The position numbers and the translations under genes are program-made. From positions 14,446,001-14,510,000 of the forward strand of contig OX597824.1 in assembly GCA_951406725.2 (NCBI GenBank): DNA of 64,000 nt, given 5' to 3'. Origin of the DNA: Octopus vulgaris. Its lineage: Eukaryota. Under the pieces are notes generated by a model. The model was given only the letters and a program-made list of their open reading frames with translations. It searched no databases and was not told the origin of the DNA. Below are positions 25,468-39,105 of this stretch, piece after piece. Each line of letters opens with the position of its first letter. Position 1 is the stretch's first letter.

Positions 25468-27798
25468 CTATCATCACCAGACCTTCCCAGGCTGGGGAGA
25501 TTGATGTGGTTTAAGTTCAGTTTGAACAGCTATTCTAGAGTGTAACAGCTCAGGTGGTAGTGGAGTATAATTGAGAAAAATGTTTAGTGAAGTATTTGGG
25601 TGGTGAGGGGCATGAAAACATTTAATAATAATGTCAGTGCGGGTGGCACGTAAAAAGCACCCACTACACTCACGGAGTGGTTGGCGTTAGGAAGGGCATC
25701 CAGCCGTAGAAACACTGCCAGATTTGACTGGGCCTGATGAAGCCTTCTGGCTTCACAGACCCCAGCAGAACCGTCCAACCCATGCTAGCATGGAAAACGG
25801 ACGCTAAATGATGATGATGATGATGATGATGTCAGTGGTGTATTTTGCTGGGAGGTATATCTAAAGGCGGCAAGCTGGCAGAAACGTTAGCACGCCGGGC
25901 GAAATGCCTAGCGGTATTTCGTCTGCCGCTATGTTCTGAGTTCAAATTCCGCCGAGGTCAACTTTGCCTTTCATCCTTCCGGGGTCGATTAAATAAGTAC
26001 AAGTTACGCACTGGGGTCAATATAATTGACTTAATCCATTTGTCTGTCCTCTCTGTGTTTAGCCCCTTGTGGGTAGTAAAGAAATAGGTATATCTAAAGC
26101 AGACAGTGTAGGTAAGAGCCCTACCTCTGCTCTAAATCATTTACTTCATAAATTTATATATTGTTGTTTAGTCTCAGGTCAACATTGCCTGAACAAACCT
26201 ACATTCAAAGAACATTCCAACCAAGACCATTCCATCTGATTAGCACTACATTATCAGTTAACTGTGTTCTTCCTTTATTAAGCTGGCAGGATATTTATTT
26301 GAAAGCAATTTAGTTATTATTTTTTAGCACTACATTATCAGTTATCTAAATGTGTTCTTATTTTATTAGGCCAGCATGATGTTCAAAGTGATTTAACTGT
26401 TATTTCTAGCAACTTTGTATAAGTTGGCTTGATGTATTGATTGTTAATAAATTGTTTGCAATCTGTGGCGATTTATAAATGTTCCTAATCTACATGATGT
26501 ATTACTCTCTTTTACTTGTTTCAGTCATTTGACAGCGGCCATGCTGGAGCACCACCTTTATAGTCGAGCAAATCGACCCCAGAGCTTATTCTTTGTAAGC
26601 CTAGTACTTATTCTATTGGTCTCTTTTGCTGAACCGCTAAGTTACAGGGACGTAAACACACCAGCATCGGTTGTCAAACGATACTGGGGGGGACAAAGAC
26701 ACACAAACATATACGACAGGCTTCTTCCAGTTTCCGTCGACCAAATCCGCTCACAAGGCTTTGGTTGGCCCAAGGCTATAATAGAAGACACTTGCCCAAG
26801 GTGCCATGCAGTGGGACTGAACCTGGGACTATGCGGTTGGTAAGCAAGCTACTTACCACACAGCCGCTCCTGCACCTAAAAGCTCAGCTTTTGTTGGGTA
26901 ATTTATTAAATGCCTCAATATTTGTTCTGACTTCTCGCTCAACTCTTATTTGTCAGTCTCAGTCACTGGACTATAGCCATGCTGGAGCACCACCTTGAAG
27001 AATCCAGTCAAACAAATCAACCCTAGTACTTATTCTGTCAGTCTCCCTCTATTTGCTGAACTGCTAAGTCATGGGAGATGTAAACAAAATAAAACTAGTT
27101 TGTCAAGAAGCAGCAGGGGACACAAATACTAACACAAAGACACACACACACATATATATTCCACACAGTTTTCATCTACTAAATTTACTCACATGGTATT
27201 GGTCAGCCTAGGGCTATAGTAGAAGACATTTTTGCCCAATGTGCAACACAGTGGGACTGAACCCAAAACCAAGTGGTTGCAAATTAAGATTCTTAACCAC
27301 ATGGCCATGCCTGATGCTCTATACCCCGAGGGTCAACTTTGATTCCCTCCTTTCAAAAACGGTGCCAATCCAGAGCAGGAGATTGGTCAAGCTGCAAGAA
27401 TATCAGATCGAATACTTTAACCCAGCTGAAACCACCTCGGGCTTTGTAGTAGTCTTGATCAAAGACTTTCCAACCATGACCATACCATTTCTCAGACTGC
27501 ATTATTGATTGAATGACCCACCCTTTTCAAGTGGATAGGGTGTAATTTGAGGGAGATCTTGTTTTCATAAGTTTTGAATTAAATTCTTCCACCAAACCTT
27601 AGTCACAATTAATGTTCCTAACACTAGCTTAATGATAACTAAGTTATTTTACTAAATTCTTTGTTATATTTAAAATTAATTGAAAGAAACACAGAGTATC
27701 TCAACAGAAATATGGTAACAAATAGAGAAACAATTCTTAACCCTTTTAATACCAGCCTGGTATATAGTAGTAGCAGCACTAAGTAGTGATGAGAAATA

Positions 27799-28340
27799 AA
27801 CTTTGGGTTAGTTCAAATATGTTCAAGATATTTTAACTTCTGAAGGCAATTTCACTGCAGTTTACCATGGAGAAAAAATTCTCACTTATGGTAAAAGACA
27901 TAAAAACACTTTATCTATTGGACTCCTAGATGCATTTCTGGCTCCTTAGCCTTGCTCAGTGGCAGATACTGAAGAGAGATAACCCTGAGCCAATTAGAAA
28001 GCTGTAACTTTATAATGGGACAGTCAATACTGTGACTGACTTGTGTCTGCAGACTACCAGGTCAGAACAAATATAGTAGTAGCAGTGCTAATATTGACTG
28101 TTCCATTATAAAGCTATGGCTTTCTAATCTGTTCAGGGTTATCTCTCCTTGGTATCTCCTGCTGAGGAAGGTTAAAGAACCAGAAAAGCATCTGAGAGTC
28201 CAATAGAAGGTGACACTGAGCAGAAAAGATTCTCACACCTTTTACCACAAATGAGAATTTTTCTATCCACTGTAAACTACAATGAAATTGCCATAAGAAG
28301 TTAAAATATGCCACAAACATATTTAAACTAACCTAAAGTT
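27799..28340. repeat. Long degenerate inverted repeat (arms of ~230-250 bp, ~60-bp spacer)
   Basis: 27799-28029 aligns to the reverse complement of 28092-28340, with mostly transition differences and one indel. Confidence 0.85.
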
Positions 28341-29568
28341 AATATATATTTGCTGTTTGTGACAATAGAGGTAGATGTTGAAGCCTAGCATCATCATCAT
28401 CATTGTTTAACATCCGCTTTCCATGCTAGCATGAGTTGAACGGTTCAACTGGGGTCTGGAAAGCCAGGAGGCTGCACCAGGCCCAGTCTGATCTGGCAGT
28501 GTTTCCTCAGCTGAATGCCATTCTTAACGCCAACCACTCTGTGAGTGTAGTGGGTGCTTTTTACGTGCCAGGCGAGGCTGGCAACGGCTACGATCGGTTG
28601 GTGCTTTTTACGTGCCACTGGCACAGAGGCCAGTCAGGGCAGCGCTGGCAACGGCCATGTTCAGACGGTTCCTTTATGTGCCACCGGCACTGGTATCACA
28701 ACTACAATTTCCATTGATTTTTAATCGATTTCGATTTCGCTTGCCTCAACAGGTTTTCGCAAGCAGAGTTTTGTGTCCGAAGGAGGAAAGGTATGCATAA
28801 GTGGGCTGGCTACATCCCAGGTAGAGGCCACGAGTTATGGCCTCACTTGTCCTGCCGGGTCTTCTCACGCATAGCATACTTCCAAAGGTCTCGGCCACTA
28901 GTCATTGCCTCGGTGAGACCTAATGTTCGAAGGTCGTGCTTCACCACCTCGTCCCAATCTCACAGATGAGATGAAGGTACTTGAAATGTCACGTATTTGC
29001 AGACTGCCACCATCATGCCAACATAGAAATGCTGATGTTAAAGCAACGGTGGTGATGACAATAGGTGACATAAATGAAGTCCCATAACATTTTAGCATTC
29101 AGGTAACTCTATAAAATGTAATGCTTATATATCTATATTATTTTGAATTACTCATGCATTGTTTTGTAGCTTTGAGATTTCAATGATGAGACTCTTTACA
29201 TTAGGAATGACATTTTAGGGTAGGTGTAAGAGGTCAGATCTGGCTGGTTTAAATGCTAAATGGTGAAAGATGACAGGGAGTTTGGTGGAGTAGATATGGT
29301 TGTTATGGTTTGATATTCTATATAATGTTAAAGGTCATGTGTAATTTTATTCTTTTATTTGTTTCAGTCATTTGACCACAGCCATGCTAGGGCACCGTCT
29401 TTAGTCGAGCAATTCGACCCCAGGGCTTAATCTTTGTAAGCCTAGTACTTATTCTATCAGTCTCTTTTGCCAAACCGCTAAGTTATGGGAACATAAACAC
29501 ACCAGCACTGGTTGTCAAGCAATGGTGGGGGGACAAACACAGGCACACAAACACATATATATATATAT

Positions 29569-29644
<76 letters not shown>

Positions 29645-30779
29645 GATGGACTTCTTTCAGTTTCCGCCGACCAAATCCACTCATAAGGCTTTGGTTGGCC
29701 CTAGGCTATAGTAGAAGGCACTTGCCCAAGGTGCCACACAATGGGACTGAACCCAGAACCATGCGGCTGGTAAGCAAGCTACTTACCACACAGCCACTCC
29801 TGCACCTATAATTTGCAAGTTTTGGTATTTTTGGTGCATCTGCTAAAAATAATTGAGATATTTACTGTTGTCTTTTATCTTTTACTTGTTTCCACCATTA
29901 GACTGCAGCCATGCTGGAGCACCAAGTTAAAGAATTTTGTCAAATGAATCAACTCTAGTACTTAATTTTTTTTTTTTTTAAATCCTGATGCTTATTTTAT
30001 CAGTTGTTTGGTTGAACTGCTAAGTTACAGGGACAGAAACACACCAATACAAATACAAAGATACACACACAAATATATATATATATACATACACGCACAT
30101 AAATATGATGGGCCTTTTCCAGTTTGTCTACCAAATTCACTTACAAAGCTTTGGTTGGCCCAAAGCTATAGTTGAAGACACTTGCTCAAGGTGAATGTTT
30201 TCAATGTTTAAAGCCTTATATATATATCATCATCGTTTAATGCCCGTTTTCCATGCTGGCATGGGTTAGATGGTTTGACTGAGGACTGGCAAACCCAGAG
30301 GCTGCACCAGGCTCCAATCTGATCTGGCATGGTTTCTTAGCTGGAGGCCCTTCCTAATGCCAAACCACTGAGAGTGTAGTGGGTGCTTTTTAGATGCCAC
30401 TGGCACGGGAGCCAATCAGGAGGCACTGGCATCAGCCACACTCAAGAGGTGCTTTTTATGTGCTGCCGGCACAGGAGCCAGTCAAGCAGCACTGGCAACA
30501 ACCATGCTTGAATGGTGCTTTTTACATGCAAGGGTGTGATGTATAGACTGTCATCATCATCATTTAACGTCCACTTTCCATGCTAGCATGGGTTGGATGA
30601 TTTGACTGAGGTCTGGCAAACCAGACTCCAATCTGATCTGGCAGAGTTTCTACAGCTGGATGCCCTTCCTAACGCCAACCACTCCGAGAGTGTAGTGGGG
30701 GCTTTTACATGCCACCGGCACGAGGCATGCACATTGTTAGTTTTTTATTTTGTTGACTACACAGTCTAGTAGGGTCAGT

Positions 30780-31545
30780 TGGGCACCATCAATGAGAAAA
30801 ACAGCACCATGATGCAATTCACTCTGCCAGAAATCTTGAAATGACATGCTGTACTGCTTGGCATTTGTGCCGGAAGCTCCAATTTGAAAATTTCAGAGTA
30901 TTTGGGTGTCAATCTAGGGACATGTTCTGAGAGTGATAAAAATCAAAACATCCAGTCAACATCATGGTGTTTAGAGTGATCACTAATGATGGCAACGTTA
31001 TGCATCCATTCATCTTCCCACACAGCCTCAGACTCAACAGAGGCCTACAAATGTGTGGAGGAGATAGTGATGTCCTGGGTGAAGAGGGTGGCTGCTGGAA
31101 GATCCTATGTCTGCAACAGGACTCTGCACCACGCCACAAAAGCAGGAGAACCCAGTCACAGTTGTCAGACAATTTCTGCGACCACATCACCCTTAACATC
31201 TAGCCACCCAACTCCCCAGACTGCAACCCCCTTAATTATTATGTGTAGGGTGCAGTTGAGCAAGAGACCAACAAAACTCCTTGTAACACCAAAGCTGAAC
31301 CATAGGCAAGGATTATGGTTGCATTCACCAACTTAAACAAGGTGACCATCCAGAAGAGCTGTGAGAGATTCCGAAGTTGCCTGGAGGCCGTGGTTGAAGC
31401 CAATGGCGATTTTATTGAATAAATTTACTCTTTAGTATTTCAAGATATTTTTATGTAATTTTGGTAAATATATCTGTTAAAAATGAGAAGTCAGTGTTAT
31501 TTTCATTTTTGCGTAATTTAGACAGTATATTTACAGAACCTTGTA
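30780..31545 (+). mobile_element. Decayed Tc1/mariner-superfamily transposase, DD37D (maT-like)
   Basis: KHPVNIMVFRVITNDG...QQDSAPRH-(...)-*PPNSPDCNPL(N)YYV...LEAVVEANGDFIE*. There are 37 residues between the second D and the third catalytic position, which is now N. Stops and frameshifts are present. Confidence 0.85.
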
Positions 31546-32539
31546 TATATATATATATATATATAGAGGTTCCTTCCCAATTTATATAGACTCATAGCCA
31601 GTTTCCATGATGTATTTATTCCCCACCTGTACAGGACACCAGTCCATTGCAGAATTTCTCATTTTTGCCAGCTGAGGGGACGGGAGCATTATGAAATGAA
31701 GTGTTTTGCTCAAGAACACAAGATGTCACCCGGTCCAGGAATGAAAACCACAATTTTATGATCATGAGTCCAAGTGTACCTGGCTATTAAAAATCTGCCA
31801 CAATAGGTTTAGTATGACCCATGCCAGCTTGGAAAAACAGACACAGGGTCAAAGGAAGGGAATCAAGGAGAGAGAGAGACAGGACCTCTGACCTTTGTAG
31901 ACCACTGTGCCAACATGTGGCATTGATACCAAACCTAACACCATTGTCTGTTGGAAAACGGTGGGCAGGGAAGACCAACTCCAACCAACAGGCATTGGTG
32001 CTAAAGAAACCAGTGTGTCAAGCTGACCACCCATTTATTTGGAAGTAAATAAATAATTTAAATAAAATTATAAATAATAAATGAGATAAAACCGAAGGTG
32101 GTGAGCTGCCAGAATCGTTAGCGCACCAGGTGCAATGCTTAGCAGCATTTCGTCCATTTTCAGATTCTGAGTTCAAATCCTGCCTTGGTTGACTTTGCCT
32201 GTCATCCTTTCAGGGTTAATGAAGTAAGTACCAGCTGAGCACTAGGGTCAATGTGATGAACTTAACTAGTTCTGGGTGGTATGAGTACAGAAGAGAGAGA
32301 GAAGGAAAGAAAGAACAATTGCATCCCTTTGCCAAGCCAATGTGACAGAGTTGGCTCATCAAACCAGTATGATCTCAAGCCATTCTCTGGTAGAGAGAAT
32401 ACGCTGAGGCCTTCATCCTGCAGCAGACGGAACATGGGGGGGAAATCCAATCCGAATGAGATAACATCTAATGTGATGTTTTGTGTCCAGTGTTTTGCAA
32501 CAAGAAAAAAACTACCAAGTCACAATTAAATAGTCAGTT

Positions 32540-32545
32540 TTTATT
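32540..32545 (-). terminator. Candidate polyadenylation signal AATAAA of the zinc-finger gene
   Basis: TTTATT on the + strand, about 60 nt past the stop codon at 32604. Confidence 0.45.
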
Positions 32546-32603
32546 GTTTCAGTGAAATATTTCCACGTGCTGCCGTCTCGAATCTACTTTCAGTATTAAA
32601 ATC

Positions 32604-33700
32604 TCAATCTGCATCTAGTTGTAACTTTTTCTTTTTTTTGGGTCTTACTCTTACTCTTTCTCTTTTTTTCTTTGTTTTAGTTAATGTCTCTGTTTCCTTT
32701 GCATCTGTTAACGGAAGCAAAGTTACTTTTGGGTCGCAAAGTTTATAGTAAGCTAGGTTGAGGGTATATGACGAAGAGGGTTTAGTCAAACCATGGTCCA
32801 GGATGTGTGCTTTGGCAAGTAGAAATGCATAAAAGTATTTTTGACAAATGGGACATGTAAACAGCAATCGTACTTCTGAGGAGATTGGCTTGTCAAATGG
32901 ATAATGTTGAAACTGCCCATAATGTGTATTAAGATTCTTTTGTTTTTCACAATGTAGGCCACATTTTTGGCAAACACTGTCTCCAGGAATCAAGACCTTT
33001 TTGTAGTCAACAACATCAGATATTGCGTAACAAGGCAGACTCTTTTCATTGTGCAATCTTACAAAATGATTGGAACATGAATATATATCCGGGAACACAG
33101 TAAAACATTTTGAACATGTAGCTAGTTTAGAGTAGAATTCTTTACCTTCATTTTTAATAGCCATCTCAGTTATAACAGAATCCGCTTTGAGTTTCTTTTT
33201 ATAGAACATAGCTTTACACTTGCTGCAGCTTTTATGCACCTCATCTTTCAAATGTTGCAACGATTCTGTTCTGTCTGCAGAGACAAAGTCACAATAATCA
33301 CATTTGTAGCAGACAAGTAGTTTGGAACTTTCTATCTGTAGACTGTTATTTTCTAAAGCCTTAGACTTTTTTAATTTTATGTTTTTGGCAGGCGGATCTT
33401 GATGGTCAATGTTGATTGATAAGGAAGTATCATCGTCTACCGGTGCCTTTCTCTTTTGCTCTGGCTGTGAGGAGCTACTCAAAGTGTATTGAAATCCATC
33501 AGAAGAATATACTTCATTGTTTAGTGGTGCAGCGCTGCTACAATTTTCTCTGAGCATCACTTTATAGATACGATCAAATATTTTAGAACTCTTGTTGTTG
33601 AAGCCATAAATGAGAGTTCTTTGAGCAGCGACCAGCTGATGAATAGGGTAGGGACCAGCATAACGATCCAAGAAATTTGGCATATTACTGGGTAATGATC
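32604..33700 (-). CDS. Uncharacterised protein with four dispersed C2H2-like zinc fingers, main/terminal exon
   Basis: Open frame of over 1 kb, with acceptor TTTTTCTGTTCTTTTCCAG at 33701. Fingers are CDYC-x12-H-x5-H, CSKC-x12-H-x4-H, CQKC-x12-H-x5-H and CPIC-x12-H-x3-H, followed by a basic C-terminal NLS-like tract. Confidence 0.85.
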
Positions 33701-35257
33701 CTGGAAAAGAACAGAAAAATTTACACAAAAGTAACAACATATAAACTGGTTGTGTAAATAAGAAGGAAATATTAAATGACTCTTTCATTGACATCTATGG
33801 AGAGAGAGAGAGTAAAAATTTCATCAAATTAAATATATATATTTTCAGATTACCATGCAACAGACCCTAATCTAAGTTGCTTTAATTAAAAGTTTTGTTT
33901 TGGATTACTTGGAGCTCTTCCTAAGCTCACTCAATTTAATATCTGATGACAGTTATAGGGCAGAGTAAAGGTTTCGTATTTTATTAGCATATGCTGAGCT
34001 GATATATATTTAACATTTTACACACTTAATTTCTGTGATATGAAGTGGTTCATTTAATGTTCTAACTCATCTGGTTAGATCTAAAAAATTGTGCCTGTAA
34101 AAAGAGATTAGTAACCCAAAGGCAGGGCACACTACTTCAATCAAACAAAAGGTTCTATAGATCAGAAGTTAATAAGAAAGGCTGTACACAAGTTCAGCTG
34201 TTGTGAAGATCTCAGTTATAGGTATACAAGCTGAACGCACAAAATACTATCTGTTGGGGTGATCATTACCAGCATCGCCTTACTGGCACCTGTGCCGGTG
34301 ACATGTGTAAAAAGATTTGAGCAAGGTCGTTGCCAGTACCGCCTGACTGGCCCCCATGCCAGTGGCACATAAAAGCACCCACTACACTCTCAGAGTGGTT
34401 GGCATTAGGAAGGGCATCCAGCTGTAGAAACTCTGCTAGATCAAGACTGTAGCCTGGTGCAGCCATCTGGTTCACCAGTCCTCAGTCAAATCGTCCAACC
34501 CATGCTAGCATGGAAAGCGGACGTTAAACGATGATGATGATGATTGCTATACCCACATTTGGGAATTCTCTTTAGAAAAATACAGAAATCCTTTTGAAAT
34601 GATTTATCCATTTTTGCCAGCTGAGTGGACTGGAGCAACGTGAAATGAAGTGTTTTGCTCAAGAACACAACGCGTCGCCCGGTCCAGGAATCGAAACCAC
34701 AATCTTACGATCATGATGCTGTCACCCTAACCACTAAATCACGCGCCTCCACACTACAACTAATATAATGGTTAAAATTTCCAATTTCACAGATACTAAT
34801 TTTGACTGTTTTCTTCACTCAAAATAAATTAAGATTTAAAGGTTTCTAAGGAGGTGGGATCTGGTAGAGGAAATTGTATTTCTAAGATGTTAGTAAATTT
34901 AGGTTTAGGAATTTTTTTTTTAACCCCTATTCTACAGATACAATGTTTCTTGAACTAATTTTGTAAGGATAAACTTTTCAGTTATTTACAATAATTTGTA
35001 TTTCATATAATGTACACAGAGTGGTTGGCGTTAGGAAGGTCATCCAGCTGTAGAAACATTGCCAGATAAGACTGGAGCCTGGTGCAGCCTTCTGGCTTCC
35101 CAGATCCCCGGTCAAACCGTCCAACCCATGCTAGCATGGAGAACGGACGTTAAACGATGATGATGATGTAATCTTTCAAATAAATTTTGTATGTAAATCA
35201 TCATCAAAAAGGAAGGGTTTTGCATCTGATCAAATTTATTTCATTTTAAATATTTAT

Positions 35258-35730
35258 ATCAGATGTAGTGTTGGCAAATTTCAGGAAGCATGGAGGTTTT
35301 AACCCTTTTGTTACTGTATTTCTGTTGAGATGCTCTGTGTTTCTTTCAATTACTTTAAATATAACAAAGAATTTAATAAAATAACTTAGTTATCATTCAG
35401 CTAGTGTTAGGAATATAAATTGTGACTAAGGTTTGGTGGAAGATTTTAATTCAGAACTTATGAAAACAAGACATTTGTACTCAGAGCCAGAGCCAGTTTG
35501 GTAACGAAAGAGTTAAAGGATGCAATGTCTCAACAACTAACAACAGATGCAGGTAGTTTGTTCCATGCTTCAGCAACTCTGAGTGGAAAAATGTTTCCAA
35601 AAGTCATGGGAGCTGTGCTGTTTCCTGACTTTGTAGGCATGCCCACGTGTGTTAGACACATGGAGCTCAAAAAGGTGTTCAAGGTGGTTGTTGGTGCGAT
35701 GGTTAATAATTTTGTGGGTCAGTTGCCAGA
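35258..35730 (-). mobile_element. CR1-like LINE ORF2 C-terminal fragment interrupted by a MITE
   Basis: The minus strand gives TRGHAYKVRKQHS...RVAEAWNKLPASVV, with the CR1 TRGH and WNxLP motifs. Confidence 0.75.
35303..35512. mobile_element. piggyBac-like MITE with TTAA TSD
   Basis: TTAA|CCCTTTTGTTAC ... GTAACGAAAGAG|TTAA. Related sequence lies at about 27570-27725 and in the pieces at 1165-1220 and 2270-2350. Confidence 0.8.
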
Positions 35731-36289
35731 TGTTAGAGCTTACGTCGTATCTATGCCCAGGGAAGAAAGGCGTTCAGAGTATGGTATTAAGTTGCGAGCT
35801 GGCAGAATCATTAGCACGCTAGGTATTTCGCCTGCCGTTATGTTCTGAGTTCAAATTCCGCTGAGGTCGACTTTGCCTTTCATCCTTTTGGGGTCGATAA
35901 ATTAAGTACCAGTTATGCACTGGAGTCAATATAATCGACTTAATCAGTCTGTCTGTCCTTGTTTGTCTCCTCTGTGTTTAGCCCCTTGTGGGTAGTAAAG
36001 AAATAGGTATTAAGTTGCTTTAGGTACTCAATCTTTGGGTTTTTGCATTAGATTTTTGAACTGGTAAACGAAGATGTTCCTCATTTTCTTTTAAAGTATT
36101 TTTACAGTATATTTTCTTTATATACTTTTATTTCATAGTCTTCTGAAAAAAGTTCAATAAATTTGTGATTTCTTTAATAGATAGTATTCACAATCAACAA
36201 CGAACTAGCTATGACCTTTAGACCAAAACTTTATTAGATTAGGGTGCTAAAAAGTTGTACATTGGTCATATGTGCCCATTTTTAATAAC

Positions 36290-37355
36290 TATAGTGGAAT
36301 GGGGTACAATGAGTAAATATTTTTGCATTTCTGACATCAAGGAAAAAAATTTTTTTTTACAAAAGTTCGTTATTTTACAAAAACTATATCAACTAAGCAG
36401 ATGTCCTCTAAATGTATTAAAAACATTATAACACATTCAGAATACTATTTCAGGAAAATAACTCCATTCACTTTGAGTATATAGAAGACAAATTTAGGTG
36501 GGGTAAAATGAGTAAAACAAAGTAAGATAACTTTGTTTTTTCATTTCTCTAAAATTACATTTGAAAAAGGATTCATACACACCAATATCCAACCCTGGAC
36601 ATCAGAAATGCAACAAAAATCTTAAGTATCTAAGTCAAATGAAAGGGGTCTATAGAAAAATGGCACAGGATATGAAGTTAATTAAACTCGACTAAATCTA
36701 AAGACTCAACATTAAATATTCTCTATAGCTTCCCCACGATTTGCAGGGGTGACTTTCTTCCTGATACATTTACGTACTACACAAATTTCAGAAATTATTG
36801 AAACTAGCAGTATCGCCTGGTGTTGCTCAGGTTTGTTTCGACCCTTTAGAATTGCAATTTTTGGAAAGTAAAAATTTTGCATTATGTAGCTTGTTATTCT
36901 CTTTAAGTGAACATTTTTCTGGTTGAAATACACAGCAGCCAAAAAATCGTAAAAAATAGGGATTTTCATAGAAAGAAAAGCACCTTTTGGATGTGAATAA
37001 TTTTTGGTGTTAACATGGTCCGATTTGAATTTTTTCTTCAATGGAAGGAAGAGCAAGCCTTCTTCTATCATACTCTCAATTTTGGTCAACTTGCGCCTCA
37101 GGGTCTCGGAGGAGATAGTGTTAGTTGAAGGCTACCAAACCTGCCATACACAGACTTCAGCTTTATATATATATAGAAATTGGTCATTACTTATTTTACC
37201 CCACTTAAGACATTGTTTTAAAAAAATGGAAAATGATCAAATTAGACACACCTATGCTGACCAGTTTTTACTCATAAAGATGATGCAATACTTGCAGTGT
37301 AATGGTTTCGAATAGATAGGGAAAAAATCAGAAATTACTCATTTTACCCAGCTTA
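36290..37355. mobile_element. Non-autonomous TIR element with GGGGTAAAATGAGTAA subterminal motifs (pogo/Tigger-like), hosting a Helitron
   Basis: The motif occurs at about 36301 and 36501, and inverted at about 37187 and 37334. A related decayed copy is at about 53855-54335. Confidence 0.5.
36804..37177 (-). mobile_element. Non-autonomous Helitron copy
   Basis: Reverse complement of 63431-63805, with TC 5' end and CTAG 3' end. Confidence 0.8.
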
Positions 37356-38156
37356 ACAATTTTGACCTCCACCCCCACTAAATGATACATGATTACTGTA
37401 ATTACAAACGGGGAAATCGGAATCGGTGGTACAATATAGTGATGAGTTGCAGTCATATGTTTTGTGTATTAGCACCACAGCACTCAGCTTATTAACCACT
37501 GTAAATGAACTTTCTAGTGTTTTAATGCCACCGAAACTTCTGTCACGGGACACTGATTGCTTTGTTTTTTTTCTTTCTAACATAAATTAACACAAGGCTA
37601 CTTATTTTGATGGATGTACATTAAGTAAATTTATCCTATAACTATTGATCCTGGAAGGATATGTAGCATACTTTTAGGGAAATTCCTCCCTTTCGTTTAC
37701 AGATGAAAAAGTAGAATTGATCTCGGCGGAATCGAATTTTGAATATTAATTAAATATCATGATCAATTTGTAAATTCTAGCAGTTTCTGAAACTAAGACA
37801 TGATCGAAAATAGCGGCACAAATTTTTTTTTCCTTCTGAAATCACCGTATCTTTATATTTAGTCTTAATTTGGGCGATGGATATGTGATAGTGTGGTTCA
37901 ACTTTTTTTAAAAAATATATTAGCGGAAGAAATGGTTTCTACCAGGAATCGAAACCCCGAACTCGGCCTGATGAAATTTTGATCCCTCGCTCCCAAGATA
38001 TTAAAATAAACAAAACTGTGTACGGTTTCTGCTGAAATGTGAATCGACCATGTGGTCTGATTCATTTCAGCAAACGATACATATACTGGCAGATTTTTTA
38101 AAATATTTCGAGATAAAACCATTATAACTATAAACTATACGGAACACAATACTTAC

Positions 38157-38166
38157 TCAGAGTCAT
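38157..38166 (-). CDS. Predicted first coding exon segment (ATGACTCTGA) of the zinc-finger gene
   Basis: The minus strand reads AAAATGACTCTGA|GTAAGT, a perfect donor. The phase-1 join to the acceptor at 33700 gives MTLRSLPSNMPNF in frame (368 aa). A CpG-containing, ETS-like GCGGAAGT lies about 110 nt upstream. Confidence 0.7.
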
Positions 38167-38957
38167 TTTAATCAACTATGGAGAATTTTCAATGAAATAA
38201 TGGAATAAGAAACGGTTCTAAGCATCATCGCGACCAGCGATCGTATGCTTCTTTGAAACTTAGTACATTGTAATCACTTCCGCTACACGAGTTGGCGGTG
38301 TCACACACAAAAATATTCCTTCGTAATTATCGCACCCCTACTTGCTAGGCGGAAATTGTATCCCCAAAAACTAATACGTAACTAGCGATTACTTTTTAAC
38401 AAAGAAACAAAAAATTATAATATGATCCGATTGTTGTTGTTTAATTGAATAAATTTTAAGAATTAAAATAATACCATCCGAATTATATAATTTTGACAGC
38501 ATACTCCTGAAACACAAAAGATATTACACAACACTTTGCCACATCACCAGGTCACTGTTTAATCACCAATGCTTCACGTCACAGCGACAGAGGGGATTAC
38601 AGTCGATCGAGGAACTGAACTATTTACTAATTGTTTTAGTATATGTTTGGGATCAAGTTAGCAAATAGTTATCACGGATCTTTTCGCTTTGACCGGCAGA
38701 TTTTTAAAATAATTTCTTTGTAACTAAACACTGATCATGCCGGCTTTTCTCTCGTCGGTGACCTCTTGCCGTGTCCTCATTGATAGGGTTCTTCACAATA
38801 CAACTGAACCATCTGTGTCTGGGGAACGCGAGTCGGCCTACGCCACGTGGAGCCAGCACGGCCTGCGCCCACCTGATGTCCATCTCCTTTTCCCCTCTCT
38901 GGACATCCAGTCCTCTCAACAGAAACGGGACCTCGTCCAATGTAGCATGACTGCGGA

Positions 38958-39105
38958 CAGGGCCGGCCCTAGGGTTGCTGGCGCCCGGGCAAGCTGAACT
39001 TGGGCGTGTACAAGCTAACGGTCGTGGAAATTTCCTTGTCTTCGTCACGCCCTCCTTGGCGCCCTGGGCGACTGCCCGAGATGCCGGTACCTTGTGCCAG
39101 CCCTG
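38958..39105. mobile_element. 148-bp hAT (Tip100-like) MITE
   Basis: TIRs CAGGGCCGGC and GCCAGCCCTG, with a perfect 8-bp TSD ACTGCGGA at 38950-38957 and 39106-39113. Removing it restores the host reading frame. Confidence 0.92.

Noticed and set aside
33701-33794. ORF-track N-terminus MSMKESFNISFLFTQ... of the 396-aa ORF
   Set aside because: It reads through a polypyrimidine tract and acceptor, so it is better explained as intron.
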